64,000 nt of DNA, taken from the NCBI GenBank assembly GCA_965116925.1, contig OZ220744.1, positions 1,856,001 through 1,920,000 of the forward strand, in the 5' to 3' direction. The DNA is from Candidatus Poribacteria bacterium (lineage in GTDB: Bacteria; Poribacteria; WGA-4E; PCPOR2b). Position 1 is the first letter of the stretch; each line of letters begins with the position of its first letter. Shown here one piece after another: positions 40,941-51,200 of the stretch. The notes beneath the pieces are model-generated. The model did no database searches. It was not told the origin of the DNA and worked only from the letters and a program-made list of their open reading frames with translations. A program made the translations under genes and the position numbers.

Positions 40941-42533
40941 CTAGCCGGATCGGTGACGTTCAACAGTGAGTTGGCTCATGTTTTGAACCAGATCGATTAT
41001 GTCGGTGAGGTGATCATCGAAGTGGATTTCCAGCGGCGAGAATGTGTATTGAAAGTGGGGTGCTAACAGGATTATGGCAAAATCCTCCTGTAGGATAGAC
41101 AGCACACGTCGCCCAATCCTCCGCCTTGTCGCTGTGTTCTCTGTTTGGTTGAGTTGAGAGAGCATCTCATCAACTTGGGGGTTGGCGTAGCCAAAAAAGT
41201 TGTCTATCCCGTCGGAACGGAAGAATTGCGACAGGCGACTGTGCCCAACCCCAAAAAAGATCTGGGTTAAAAAGGCATCCGTATCTTCCCCCATCTCTAT
41301 AGAATTTACCACAGAGGCACCTGTTGACTTTCCAATCAGCTGAACCAAATGGCGAAACACACCAGCCGCGCAGGCGATTTGAAGGTCAAAGGGCAGGCGA
41401 GGCGATTGTGAACGCTCCCCTTCTTCATTAACCTGTTCCATCCGAAGATAGAGGTCGATTGCCCGGTAGTCGATTGCTTCTTTAAGGAGCCTACAGTTCC
41501 TTTCCTCCGATAGAGGTCCGTGATGACGGTTGAGAAATAGGACGTAGTAGTTGTCCTGAAAAAAGGGCCACTGTTGACAGGGCACTGTTGTTGGAGATTC
41601 GTAGAAGGACCGCAGCGCATGGGGAGAGACAGAAAGCAGGTCTAATGTGCCGTTCTCTAACGCCTTAATCGCGTTAGGTGAGCGTGTAAAACGTCTTAGG
41701 GTCAACCAATCAATGGGGGGATTTCCTCCGCGATAGTAATCCGGGTTTTGCGTGAAGCGGAAGGTCGAGGCGTCGGGACGAAAGGATTTCAATTGATAGG
41801 GGCCAGAGGTTACGCGGTAGGGCTGGGATGCATGGGAAGGGTGAACGGAGATCCCGCTCAGATGAAGGGGAAAGAGTGCTTCTTCTTGAGAAAGTTGAAC
41901 CCGAAGTTGGGTCTTGCCATCCGGTTTTATCTCTGTTATAATCGGTGCGATGCGACTCTTGGAAAACGCTGCAATAATCTCTTCAAACGTAATCGGCTTT
42001 CCGTCACTCCAACGCAGGTCATCTCTCAAGGTCAATTGCCACTGTGAATTTCCTTTCACCGCCTTGCAAGCGGTTGCAAGGCGTCCTTCGATCTTGCCGT
42101 TTCGGTGGTACACGAGGAGCGGGTCATAGCATAGGTTCTGGAGCCAAAAGTTTAGTGCCGGGTGCAATTTGGCCGAAGGGTCCGTTTCTGTTGGAATCAA
42201 CTCTCCGATCTCAAGCCGATTAACAGGTGCCTCCTCGTCGGGGTGTACGGTACGAAGGATTCCGGTGTAGGAGACTCCCATCAGTTTTTGAAGCTGTTGG
42301 GCAATAGCCTTCTGATCTGGATCTCGTGAATTCAGGAGTGACAGCAGAAATTGGATCTGCTCTGGTTGCAGATAGGAATCAGCCAACTGGTGTTTGAGAA
42401 GATTCACATCTTTTCTGCAGCGGATGACCTGTCGCGGTGAAAGTCCAATCCCCTCGGCAATCTCTTTGTCGCTGGCTTGGGGGTGTTCCTTTTGATAGGC
42501 AATCAGTTTGAGGAGCGTATTGACTTTGGCCAT
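40941..42533 (-). CDS. HTH plus family-5 solute-binding domain fusion (SgrR-like architecture), no signal peptide
   Basis: HPQASDKEIAEGIGLSPRQV HTH; LTLRDDLRWSDGKPIT, TSGPYQL, NPDYY, GYANPQVDEML SBP_bac_5 motifs. Confidence 0.8.
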   Translation of the reverse strand: MAKVNTLLKLIAYQKEHPQASDKEIAEGIGLSPRQVIRCRKDVNLLKHQLADSYLQPEQIQFLLSLLNSRDPDQKAIAQQLQKLMGVSYTGILRTVHPDEEAPVNRLEIGELIPTETDPSAKLHPALNFWLQNLCYDPLLVYHRNGKIEGRLATACKAVKGNSQWQLTLRDDLRWSDGKPITFEEIIAAFSKSRIAPIITEIKPDGKTQLRVQLSQEEALFPLHLSGISVHPSHASQPYRVTSGPYQLKSFRPDASTFRFTQNPDYYRGGNPPIDWLTLRRFTRSPNAIKALENGTLDLLSVSPHALRSFYESPTTVPCQQWPFFQDNYYVLFLNRHHGPLSEERNCRLLKEAIDYRAIDLYLRMEQVNEEGERSQSPRLPFDLQIACAAGVFRHLVQLIGKSTGASVVNSIEMGEDTDAFLTQIFFGVGHSRLSQFFRSDGIDNFFGYANPQVDEMLSQLNQTENTATRRRIGRRVLSILQEDFAIILLAPHFQYTFSPLEIHFDDHLTDIIDLVQNMSQLTVERHRSG

Positions 42534-42630
42534 TTGTATCAGTTAAGAAGGGTTTTGGTAGAATAACCTAACGCAAGTTGCTAGTGTTGAGAATCCATCG
42601 GTTTGTCGTTAAGATTGAGGGATTCTATCT

Positions 42631-42947
42631 TTCGCTCCAGAGGAGCGATATGTCTATAGAGCGGCGATCAGACCAATCCCTGCGCTCCAGAGGAGCGCGA
42701 TGTGCATGGCAGGGTGAGTTACCACAACCCATTCGCTTCAGAGGAGCGATATGTCTATAGAACGGCGATCAGACCAATCCCTGCGCTCCAGATGAAGTTT
42801 AAGTATTTAAATCGGTAATCCCTATTTTCCTCGAAACATACGGTAGGCGCGGTTTCAAACCGCGCCGGTGTCGCTAGCAAATTACCGAATTATTTTTTTA
42901 ATTTTCATGAGGAGCGCGATGTGCATGGCAGAGCGAGTTACCACAAC
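42631..42947. repeat. 101-bp tandem duplication with four CGCTCC-AGA-GGAGCG hairpins; the last one carries an insertion
   Basis: Units start at 42631 and 42732. A related repeat AGCCCCAGCGGGGCGACATGT occurs twice on the minus strand at about 46828-46900. Confidence 0.8.
42792..42908. mobile_element. 117-bp ATGAA...TTCAT mini-element
   Basis: The empty site GCGCTCC-AGA-GGAGCGC is present in the neighbouring tandem unit; the filled site duplicates the central G. Confidence 0.88.
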
Positions 42948-42957
42948 TCATCAATGC

Positions 42958-43140
42958 CTACTCATCATCTTCCATTTCCCAATCAAAATCGCTCGCAGCA
43001 GCATAAGTCCCGTAACTACAGCAGCAGAGGGGAAGCCAATTAAAATCCTTGGCTTCTGTCGTGTCTTCCGTATCTTCCTCGGTCATGAAGATATCCGTTG
43101 GTAGGTTGGTTTCTGCGGCATGAATCGTTTTACACGCCAT
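42958..43140 (-). CDS. 60-aa acidic peptide with a CCC motif
   Basis: RBS AAGGAGG; MACKTIHAAETNLPTDIFMTEEDTEDTTEAKDFNWLPLCCCSYGTYAAASDFDWEMEDDE. Confidence 0.7.
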   Translation of the reverse strand: MACKTIHAAETNLPTDIFMTEEDTEDTTEAKDFNWLPLCCCSYGTYAAASDFDWEMEDDE

Positions 43141-43271
43141 CGTTTTCCTCCTTATAGCTAGTACTCTGTCAAATAAATCGTGATAAGCCACTCACCGCTT
43201 AACTTGGATAGACATATCCAAGCCGCTTTGTGGGGGAAGTATCTAAAGGAGCCTTTTGTACCACAATCTGT

Positions 43272-43388
43272 ATGAAGTTTAAGTATTTAAATCGGTAATC
43301 CCTATTTTCCTCGAAACATACGGTAGGCGCGGTTTTCAACCGCGCCGGTGTCGCTAGCAAATTACCGAACTGTTTTTTTAATTTTCAT
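43272..43388. mobile_element. 117-bp ATGAA...TTCAT mini-element
   Basis: Near-identical to 42792-42908. Flanks CACAATCT-GT | TT-AGATTGTG. Confidence 0.88.
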
Positions 43389-43597
43389 TTAGATTGTGAT
43401 CCCCGTCCGCAAACTAACAGTTTGCGTTACATTTGTCAGATTATCCAATGATTACAACGTTTGCTGAATCAGCAGCCTCTAAATGTCAACACGCCCTAGA
43501 AAACTGTATTATAAAGATAAAGTCCTTCAATTTTAACAGAAAACCGACGACTTTTCAATGCCTACTTACCAAAACGCCAGAAGCTACATCAATACTG

Positions 43598-44395
43598 CTA
43601 TTTCTCCTTCCTTACCTCTACCAGCATTGATACACTAAATATATCAACATTGGCACGGGAAGAATCTTTGGCAGCCTGACGGAGATTAGCGGTTAGTAGA
43701 TACATACCGGGAGACGGAAAAATTAATTCACATTCACCGCCGGCGTCCGCAACTGTTGTCAGCGTTGCGTCATGTCCGCTGTCCGCCTCCGAATAAGCCC
43801 GGACCTGTTGCCCCGGAACTGATTGACCTCTCGACAGAACGCGAACCACGAATGGCTTTCCCACAAAAATCTTGTTTGGATGTGTTACCGGCACGATCTC
43901 TAAAAACGCGCCGGTAGCTTCCAGAACACGTTTCGTATATTTCTTCACTGTAACGAAAGTGGTTGCCTGAAACCATCGATGCGCCGACTGGATAATCTTT
44001 TTGCCGGGGAGTTGGTCTTTCGGTTTGTGAACCCACGTCCTCTTGCCGTCTACCTCAAGTTCTGTCACATAGTGAGCTGGGCGATCTGTTTCGATTCGAT
44101 AGGTGCCCTGCCCTGTCAGCTCCATCTCCGCAACAGTCCTCGTCTGACCAAAATAAGTAGATGCTGGTCCGATACGCCATCCTTCCGGATGGATGACTGA
44201 TAAAAGGGTTCCTGGCCCCTGTCCAGAGACAAACCGTTGGTCGCCCCATGTGTGCTCTATACCCAACCAAGGGGATTCACGGTTTGTATAGAAAAAGTTG
44301 GGCAATATCCACTGCTGCCCATGCCCAAAAACCGGTGTAATCATCGCAAGAAAAAAAGTTACAACAAAAACACAGGTTGCCACATGTTTTAACAT
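43598..44395 (-). CDS. DUF4198 domain secreted protein (Co/Ni-uptake associated family)
   Basis: Signal peptide then H-x-x-WILP; LEIVPVTHPN...GKPFVVRVL...G...GMYLL. Confidence 0.75.
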   Translation of the reverse strand: MLKHVATCVFVVTFFLAMITPVFGHGQQWILPNFFYTNRESPWLGIEHTWGDQRFVSGQGPGTLLSVIHPEGWRIGPASTYFGQTRTVAEMELTGQGTYRIETDRPAHYVTELEVDGKRTWVHKPKDQLPGKKIIQSAHRWFQATTFVTVKKYTKRVLEATGAFLEIVPVTHPNKIFVGKPFVVRVLSRGQSVPGQQVRAYSEADSGHDATLTTVADAGGECELIFPSPGMYLLTANLRQAAKDSSRANVDIFSVSMLVEVRKEK

Positions 44396-44628
44396 AGTTA
44401 TCCTCCTATGTAATTCATTCTTCTAAGAAAGTTGAGAATCGCGCTATTTTATACGACACAATAATGTAAACATTCTCGCATTTAACCTCAACCATTTTTT
44501 CAGGGCGTACTGACATAATATGGCAGTACGCCCTAAATATGGCTCGCATTTTGGGGTTATGGGTTGATATATTTTATACTAGTGTGTTTTTCCTTTGAGA
44601 TTGACAACGGCTTGAGACTTATACGGTA

Positions 44629-45708
44629 TTGACCACTGACGTGCAGTTTCAATCATTCCTTCAAAAACGTGGGTTAAATCGTCTCATTTCTCCACTGCTA
44701 GGGCTTGGGGTTTCGGGAATCTTGGTCATCTATCTGGCAGGACAGATTGACTACCCCCATTTTCTCAGCCTTGCTAAAAACGTTCCGCTCTGGTTTTTCT
44801 TTGGACTGTTTGCTTTATTCGTTCTGTTAAACGTCTTCCGTGCTTTGCGTTTCCGTATGCTTTTGGCTCGGAAGGAGCTGCCGTTGGGGGTCCTATTCCC
44901 AATTACTTTGTGCCACAACTTTTTTGTGCGCACACTGCCACTGATGGTCGGTGAGCTTTCCTATATTGCACTGCTGCGCCGACACCTGAAAATCCCTGTA
45001 AGCGAGGGAATCCGCAGTCTTTTTGAGGCACGTCTGTTTGACCTACAATTTGTTATAGCGGGTGGCATCCTTGGTCTACTGACGTTGGGACGCGAACCTA
45101 CAGGTTATGTGTTGACCGTTTTAGCCCTCGCTGGGGGCTTGATTATAGTGAATCGCATTCTTTTCAGTGTACTCCCCAAAGGTATAGAACGAATCTGGGC
45201 ATTTATCGTCAGGATATATCCGTGGCGTCATACGGCTTTACTGGACTCTATCGGTCATAGATTAGGGGAGGTCTCGCTTCAACTTGACCGGTTTCGCTAT
45301 CTTCGCCCCTTGTTGAAAGCCCTAACCTTTTCCCTCTGTACCTATGGGATTAACGTGAGCTGCCAGCTGCTGCTTTTATCAACGCTAAATGTCAATCAAA
45401 GACTGAATGTGTTGTTGGTTGTCATTTCAATCGTTATGATTGCTGCATGGTTTCCGTTTTCATTGAGCGGCTTTGGGGTCATAGAGGGGAGTTGGGCGGC
45501 TAGCTTGGTCATGTTTGCTGATATGGAGGTGGGGGCGGCACTCTCAGTTGGGCTTTTTATTCATTGTTGTCAGGTGCTGATGACCGTTCTGTTGGGGTTA
45601 TTGGGGTTCGTCCTATTGACACCCCAAGTCCGGGAGCGTCTGATGTCCGCTTGTAACCAGACCCAGAAGCGGGTGTCCACTCTACCGTTTGGTAGGCGCT
45701 GTTTCTAA
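44629..45708 (+). CDS. Lysylphosphatidylglycerol-synthase TM / flippase-like (UPF0104) protein
   Basis: FRALRFRMLL, GEL, EARLFD, FSLSGFGVIEG; multi-TM. Confidence 0.8.
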   Translation: MTTDVQFQSFLQKRGLNRLISPLLGLGVSGILVIYLAGQIDYPHFLSLAKNVPLWFFFGLFALFVLLNVFRALRFRMLLARKELPLGVLFPITLCHNFFVRTLPLMVGELSYIALLRRHLKIPVSEGIRSLFEARLFDLQFVIAGGILGLLTLGREPTGYVLTVLALAGGLIIVNRILFSVLPKGIERIWAFIVRIYPWRHTALLDSIGHRLGEVSLQLDRFRYLRPLLKALTFSLCTYGINVSCQLLLLSTLNVNQRLNVLLVVISIVMIAAWFPFSLSGFGVIEGSWAASLVMFADMEVGAALSVGLFIHCCQVLMTVLLGLLGFVLLTPQVRERLMSACNQTQKRVSTLPFGRRCF

Positions 45709-45855
45709 CTGCGCCGTCTCAATCCGGTCTACCGTTTGGTAGGCGCTGTTTCCAACTGCGCCGTTCCGAGGATCCCAATCATCGGAATTTGCACGCCTCA
45801 GGCACTCTATCCTGAAAATCCTTAAATCCCGAAAATCCTGATTCAGACAATAAAG

Positions 45856-46647
45856 ATGCACCGCTCTCAAATATACAAACCCGTATCAGCGAAACACCAG
45901 AAAAAGATTTCGGTTGTGATAACTGTCTATAACGAACAAGACAACGTTATGCCACTTGCTGACGCACTTCATACGGTGCTTGATGCCCAACCCTACGATT
46001 ACGAAATCATCTTTATTGATGACGGAAGCGTTGATGACACCTACAAAATCCTGCGGCGTGCTCAGACAAAGATTTGCAACTTAACGATTATCCGATTAAA
46101 AAGAAACCTAGGTCAAACACCCGCTTTTTCTGCCGGGTTCTCCTACGCAACAGGAGACTATATCATCAGCATGGACGGCGATTTGCAAAACGATCCCCAA
46201 GATATTCCCAAACTGCTCGAAGCGATTGAGGGAAAATATGATGCTATATGTGGCTGGCGCAAACACCGCCAAGACTCTGCGACCAAACGGTTCGTTTCGA
46301 GAGCGTTCAACCTCATCCGCTATTTTATCTTCAGGGACCCAGTCCATGACACCAGTTGCTCACTCAAGATATTCCGATCAGCGGCGGTCAAATCACTCTT
46401 GCCGTTACGGTCAAAGATGCACGGTTGCCTCACTTCAATGCTCTATTTGCGGGGTTACAAAGTTGGAGAAATAGTCGTCACTCACCATCCTCGAATTCAC
46501 GGCGAAACAAAGTACCGAAACCCTTTTCGGGTTTTTCGTATTTTTTGGATGCTGCTCTATGTCCGATTCTGGTGGTATTATACCCACCAACCACAAAAGG
46601 GCAATACGCTTGATTGTTCCCAAATTCGTGAGATTGTGAAACTGTAA
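45856..46647 (+). CDS. GT2 polyprenol-phosphate glycosyltransferase (DPM1/ArnC-like)
   Basis: ISVVITVYNEQDN, IDDGSVD, MDGDLQNDP, HHPRIHGETKY. Confidence 0.88.
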   Translation: MHRSQIYKPVSAKHQKKISVVITVYNEQDNVMPLADALHTVLDAQPYDYEIIFIDDGSVDDTYKILRRAQTKICNLTIIRLKRNLGQTPAFSAGFSYATGDYIISMDGDLQNDPQDIPKLLEAIEGKYDAICGWRKHRQDSATKRFVSRAFNLIRYFIFRDPVHDTSCSLKIFRSAAVKSLLPLRSKMHGCLTSMLYLRGYKVGEIVVTHHPRIHGETKYRNPFRVFRIFWMLLYVRFWWYYTHQPQKGNTLDCSQIREIVKL

Positions 46648-47146
46648 CTTGACGCAAGGGATTGGGGGTGGAGATTCCCGTTCTTTCTCCAAAATAGCTG
46701 AGAGGCGATCATAAATAACTTTCAATGCGTCTACGCATCAGGAGAAGGATCTCCTGCCCACAGTGGGAGAGGCTTCCTAGCCTTGATGTATATACCATCG
46801 GTCTAATTAGCGATTCAGACAAATGGCACATGTCGCCCCGCTGGGGCTTAGGAGAAGGGGCCCATTGTCCGGCTATAGACATGTCGCCCCGCTGGGGCTA
46901 AATGAACCAACGAACCTTTTCCCATTTTCACCCATCACGGCTTCAATCCTGCAAATCCTTAAATCCTGAGTATCCTGATTCAGACAATAAATAATTGGTT
47001 CACGTAACAAGAAAGTGCAAAGCACGGAGAGAAACCGAGTTTTGAAGAAAAAACTCGGTTTCTTTGCACGAAATCTTAACATGAGCGACTGTCTTATACT
47101 ACTATTTGCTGACAGCAGTCTTTCCCAAATCTGTTAGGAAGAGTTT

Positions 47147-48205
47147 ATGATTATTTCGCGCACACCGATACGAATCAGTTTTGTTGGGGGCGGCACCGAC
47201 ATCGCCAACTTTTACCGGCGATATGGTGGAGAGGTCATCAGCACTGCTATCGACAAATACATCTCTGTCTGCATCACGAAGGGACAAAACTCTCAAATTG
47301 CTATCAACACCCCTGACCACCGTGAAACGGTTTCTAACCCTGACCACATTCAACATTCTTTGATTCGAGAGGCGGTGCGAAGAACGGGTGTCGCTGGTGG
47401 CATATCCATCACGGTCAACTCTGATGTGCCCTCGCGCGGTTGTGGGTTGGGGTCGTCAAGTGCATTGACCGTCGGACTGCTCAATGCCCTTTACGCCTAT
47501 CGGGGGATCGAAATACCCACAGAAGTCCTCGCGCAGCAAGCGTGTGAGATTGAAATAGAACGCTTGAACCAGCCCATCGGGAAGCAGGATCAGTATATCG
47601 CCGCTTACGGGGGGTTGAAACGAATCCAATTCAACAGAGATGAGAGTGTCCATACGCAAGCCATTCCAGTAACCCCCGAAACAATAGCGCGTTTGGAAGA
47701 AAACTTCACCCTATTCTACACAGGGATTCAACGCCGCGCCGAGACCATCCTGCACGAACAGAAACGTTCTGCGAGTCCCCAGACGCTGCTGCAAATGAGA
47801 GAGCTCGTGCCAGCGTTTTACGATGTTCTAGTCAAGGGAAACCACCACGGGGGTTGCCTTGATGAGGTTGGACATCTGTTACACCGTGCTTGGGAGTTGA
47901 AGCGTTCCCTCTGCGATAGTATTTCAAACCCGACGTTGGACACCATCTATGAACGCGCCATCGCTGCCGGTGCATTGGGCGGCAAGATTCTGGGCGCAGG
48001 GGGTGGTGGATACTTCCTGTTTTATGTCCCCAAAGAAAAACAGGGGGCTGTAACAACGGGACTTTCTGATTTGGGGCTCTCGCGGTTGGCGTTTCGCTTT
48101 GAACCCAAAGGTAGTCAACTCATCGAAGGAAGGAATTTTGATGAAAATCATTTAATCACTGCAATCTTGCCAGTCTTTTTCAGATTTTCAAATTCCATCA
48201 CATAG
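47147..48205 (+). CDS. GHMP sugar kinase, HddA-like (heptose-7-phosphate 1-kinase family)
   Basis: TPIRISFVGGGTD, GLGSSS, IGKQDQY, GGKILGAGGGG. Confidence 0.85.
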   Translation: MIISRTPIRISFVGGGTDIANFYRRYGGEVISTAIDKYISVCITKGQNSQIAINTPDHRETVSNPDHIQHSLIREAVRRTGVAGGISITVNSDVPSRGCGLGSSSALTVGLLNALYAYRGIEIPTEVLAQQACEIEIERLNQPIGKQDQYIAAYGGLKRIQFNRDESVHTQAIPVTPETIARLEENFTLFYTGIQRRAETILHEQKRSASPQTLLQMRELVPAFYDVLVKGNHHGGCLDEVGHLLHRAWELKRSLCDSISNPTLDTIYERAIAAGALGGKILGAGGGGYFLFYVPKEKQGAVTTGLSDLGLSRLAFRFEPKGSQLIEGRNFDENHLITAILPVFFRFSNSIT

Positions 48206-51200
48206 ATATAAATCCCGCTCGTTACCTCTGTCGCCATCTGATTAAGCAGCAACCATTCAGCACGACTACCATCAGAAGTAGTGACTGTCAAGCTGTCAAG
48301 ACGTTCTCCATTCGTATTATAAATCTCAATCGTTGTGCCGGTGGGAAGGCGGTCAAACGTGACAGCACTCTTATGAAATTGGTTGGGGCGAATCGGATTA
48401 GGGTATACTCTCGCTTTTGAAAAATCCTGAAAATTGTCAACACCAGCTTCGAGCGGCACATCAAATGTTTGGGTTGCTTCCAGTAGGTTTATAGGATTTC
48501 GATCGGTATCTCGCACGTCCGAAACGGTGATTTCATAGGTGCGCCCGGGAACCAGATCCGCTGCTCGGAAGGTGAGGGTGGCTCGCGTTCCCATCCGGTC
48601 TCGAATTACGGAAATAGGATTTGTACCGGTCAATTGCTTCGGTTCTCTTAACAGATAGAGGCGTGGATTGCCTATGGAAGCTCCCATCTGTTTGTCATAG
48701 GTAACGGCGACCTGGTTATCTTGGATATACGCAGCCGCAATCAGTTTGGGCGGGGTGCGAGGCGTAACGGAAACCGGCTTGGACTGGGCTGATTCGACCC
48801 CCGCCTCATTCTTTGCGGAGACGGTGTACCAGTAGGTTACATCCTTGGTCACTTTCCGGTCAAGGTAACCCACAAAATCTATATCCTCCACAATTGCTTC
48901 AAAGTGGGAGGGGGCTTTATCTGGATCCCCAACTGCTCGATAGACAGTATAAGATACCGCTTCTTCTAGTGTCTCCCAGTCAACCCGAACTGCACGCGCA
49001 CTGAGCGGCGTGGCAGATAGCCCATACGGCTGAATGTTCACAACGCTATTTGGATCACTCGCATGAATGTGCGTAAATGTAAGCAGGTTCACCTCATTGT
49101 TAAGGTAGAGTTCACTAAAGTTGTCCCGATTCAAATCGGCTTGGAATAAGCGCGGCGTTTCCCAAGCCTCGTGATACCAGATTGGATCAAGGTTGGATGA
49201 AACCTGATCTCCATCCATGCGATGACTCCATTTGAACACATAGACGCTTGGATTCGCAAGTATCACTAACTCATTTTCCAAGTCGCCGTCAACATCACCG
49301 ATTGCGAGACTATTCCCCTTCAGGTTGGATGGTGTGATTGCCTGCGACCATATTGATTGGTAGCGCGAGGCACCACTTGCCCGGGTTTGGGGAGTGGTGC
49401 CTACCGGTGGAAAAGCGGTAAATACCTGATACTCCCAACGCGGCCGCATCGAAGGCAAATATTCCTCTTTTACCGTTCCGCCGACGACGAATTCGGGAAT
49501 ACCATCCCCGGTGAGGTCGCCCGCTGCCAGTTGATAGGCGTTCTTGATATCAAGTTTCATCCGCCATTTTTCAACCAACAGATCATCTCCGACAGATTCG
49601 TAGATAAAGAGTTCACCCTCACTATCTGCCACCATTAACTCCAAGACACCGTTCGCGTCGAAATCGCCGACTGCGAACTGTTCGCCAAAAACATTGGAGC
49701 CTTCTGTCTCATTCTTGATGACAAGTATTTCATCGTAGCTATCGTTTCCACGGTTTTCAAAGATACGGATATTGTCGTTAAAATTGTCTGCGCCGACAAT
49801 CTCTTTCCTGCCATCGTTGTCCAGATCAACAATCTGCCCTGATGAGAGAAAAGTGGTTTCCCAAATAATCTTTTCCGGATAGCCATCTTGTGTCACACTT
49901 TCGAGGAGGAAAAGTCTCTCTCGCGTACCGGATAAAATCTCTAACAACCCATCTCCATCGGTATCATCAACCGCAAAAGGTTTAGCATTAATGGTACTAG
50001 TATGTTGGAGTTGATAGATGCCAGCACGAGTCCGTTCATGGACTTCGATCCCGGAAGCGGCGTCGCCGGCGATTGGAAGTCCGACAATTTCGAGCATACC
50101 GTCCCGATCAAAATCGGCAGTAACGCTGCCTAGGTGCATTGGAGGAAGTGTGGTCGAGGTCTCAACAAATCCGTTTGGTGGGATAGATCTGTCGATAACC
50201 TCCGCGCGATAGAATTTTCCACCGTTGTCATCAAGCGTCTCCAACCCCACATCGTTACGAGAGGTAATGAATAGATCGTAACTCCCTGTATCAAGTGAGA
50301 GCGTGAAGAAATGTTCCCGGCTTGCAGAGTTTTCCTCAATAGGTCTAAACGGAGCGGTCGCTTCGCGGGCACGTTGGCTCAATGTATTGATTGTGAAGTC
50401 ATCTGTTGACCAGCTGACGATGGTAGCATAGTTGTCCTTTGTAATCTGATTCTGTACCTTTACATTCTGCACTTGAGGTGGCGTTCGATCTATCGAGACG
50501 ACGACCTCATCACGCAGCACTTTTCCGTCCACGCTATTGACCTCAAGACGAATGGTGTAAATACCTTCTGCTATGGAGGAAGTTTCCCAGACGAGCAGCG
50601 TTTCATTTATCTTCTGCTGTTGAGAAGGTGCATCAATAGGTTGAAACGCTGTTGGGACAACCGATGGTCCATATAACAGCTGCCATGTCTCAAATTTGAA
50701 TCCGCCAGCGGTGCCAACAATCTCGATCTGGTTTGAGCCCCCACTGTGGGCTTCTGGCGAAAGAATGTGTGCTTTTAGAGAACCGCTCGCCATCAGAGCG
50801 CGTGCGGCATTCAGATTGCCCGCCCCAACGAGTTCGGGGCTTTCTGTAATCGGGTCGGTGGTCGAAAGTAGAATCTGCCGGACCTCCTGATGCGTCAGAC
50901 TTGGACGTTTCGATATAATTAAAGCGGCAACCCCGGAGACATGCGCTGTTGCCATTGACGTGCCAGAGAGGGGACGGTATCGATTGTTGATATGTGTACT
51001 TACAATCACATTGCCCGGTGCGCCGATGTCGATAGAGGCACCAAAGTTGGATTGGTAAAACTTCTGTTTGTGTTGCTCAGTTGCGGCAACGGAGATTACC
51101 TTGCGATAACCAGCGGGAAAAATGGATGCCCCTTCAGACTCATTTCCTGATGCGGCAACCATCAGGACTCCCCGCGCGTAGGCGTAATCCACAGCGTCAC

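Noticed and set aside
42631..42947. CRISPR-like regularly spaced palindromic repeats
   Set aside because: The spacers alternate ABAB (a 101-bp tandem duplication), the repeats are degenerate, and there are no cas genes.
45681..45764. Two 37-bp direct repeats as a possible mini-CRISPR
   Set aside because: Only two copies with a 10-bp gap, and they are GTAG-type REP hairpins.
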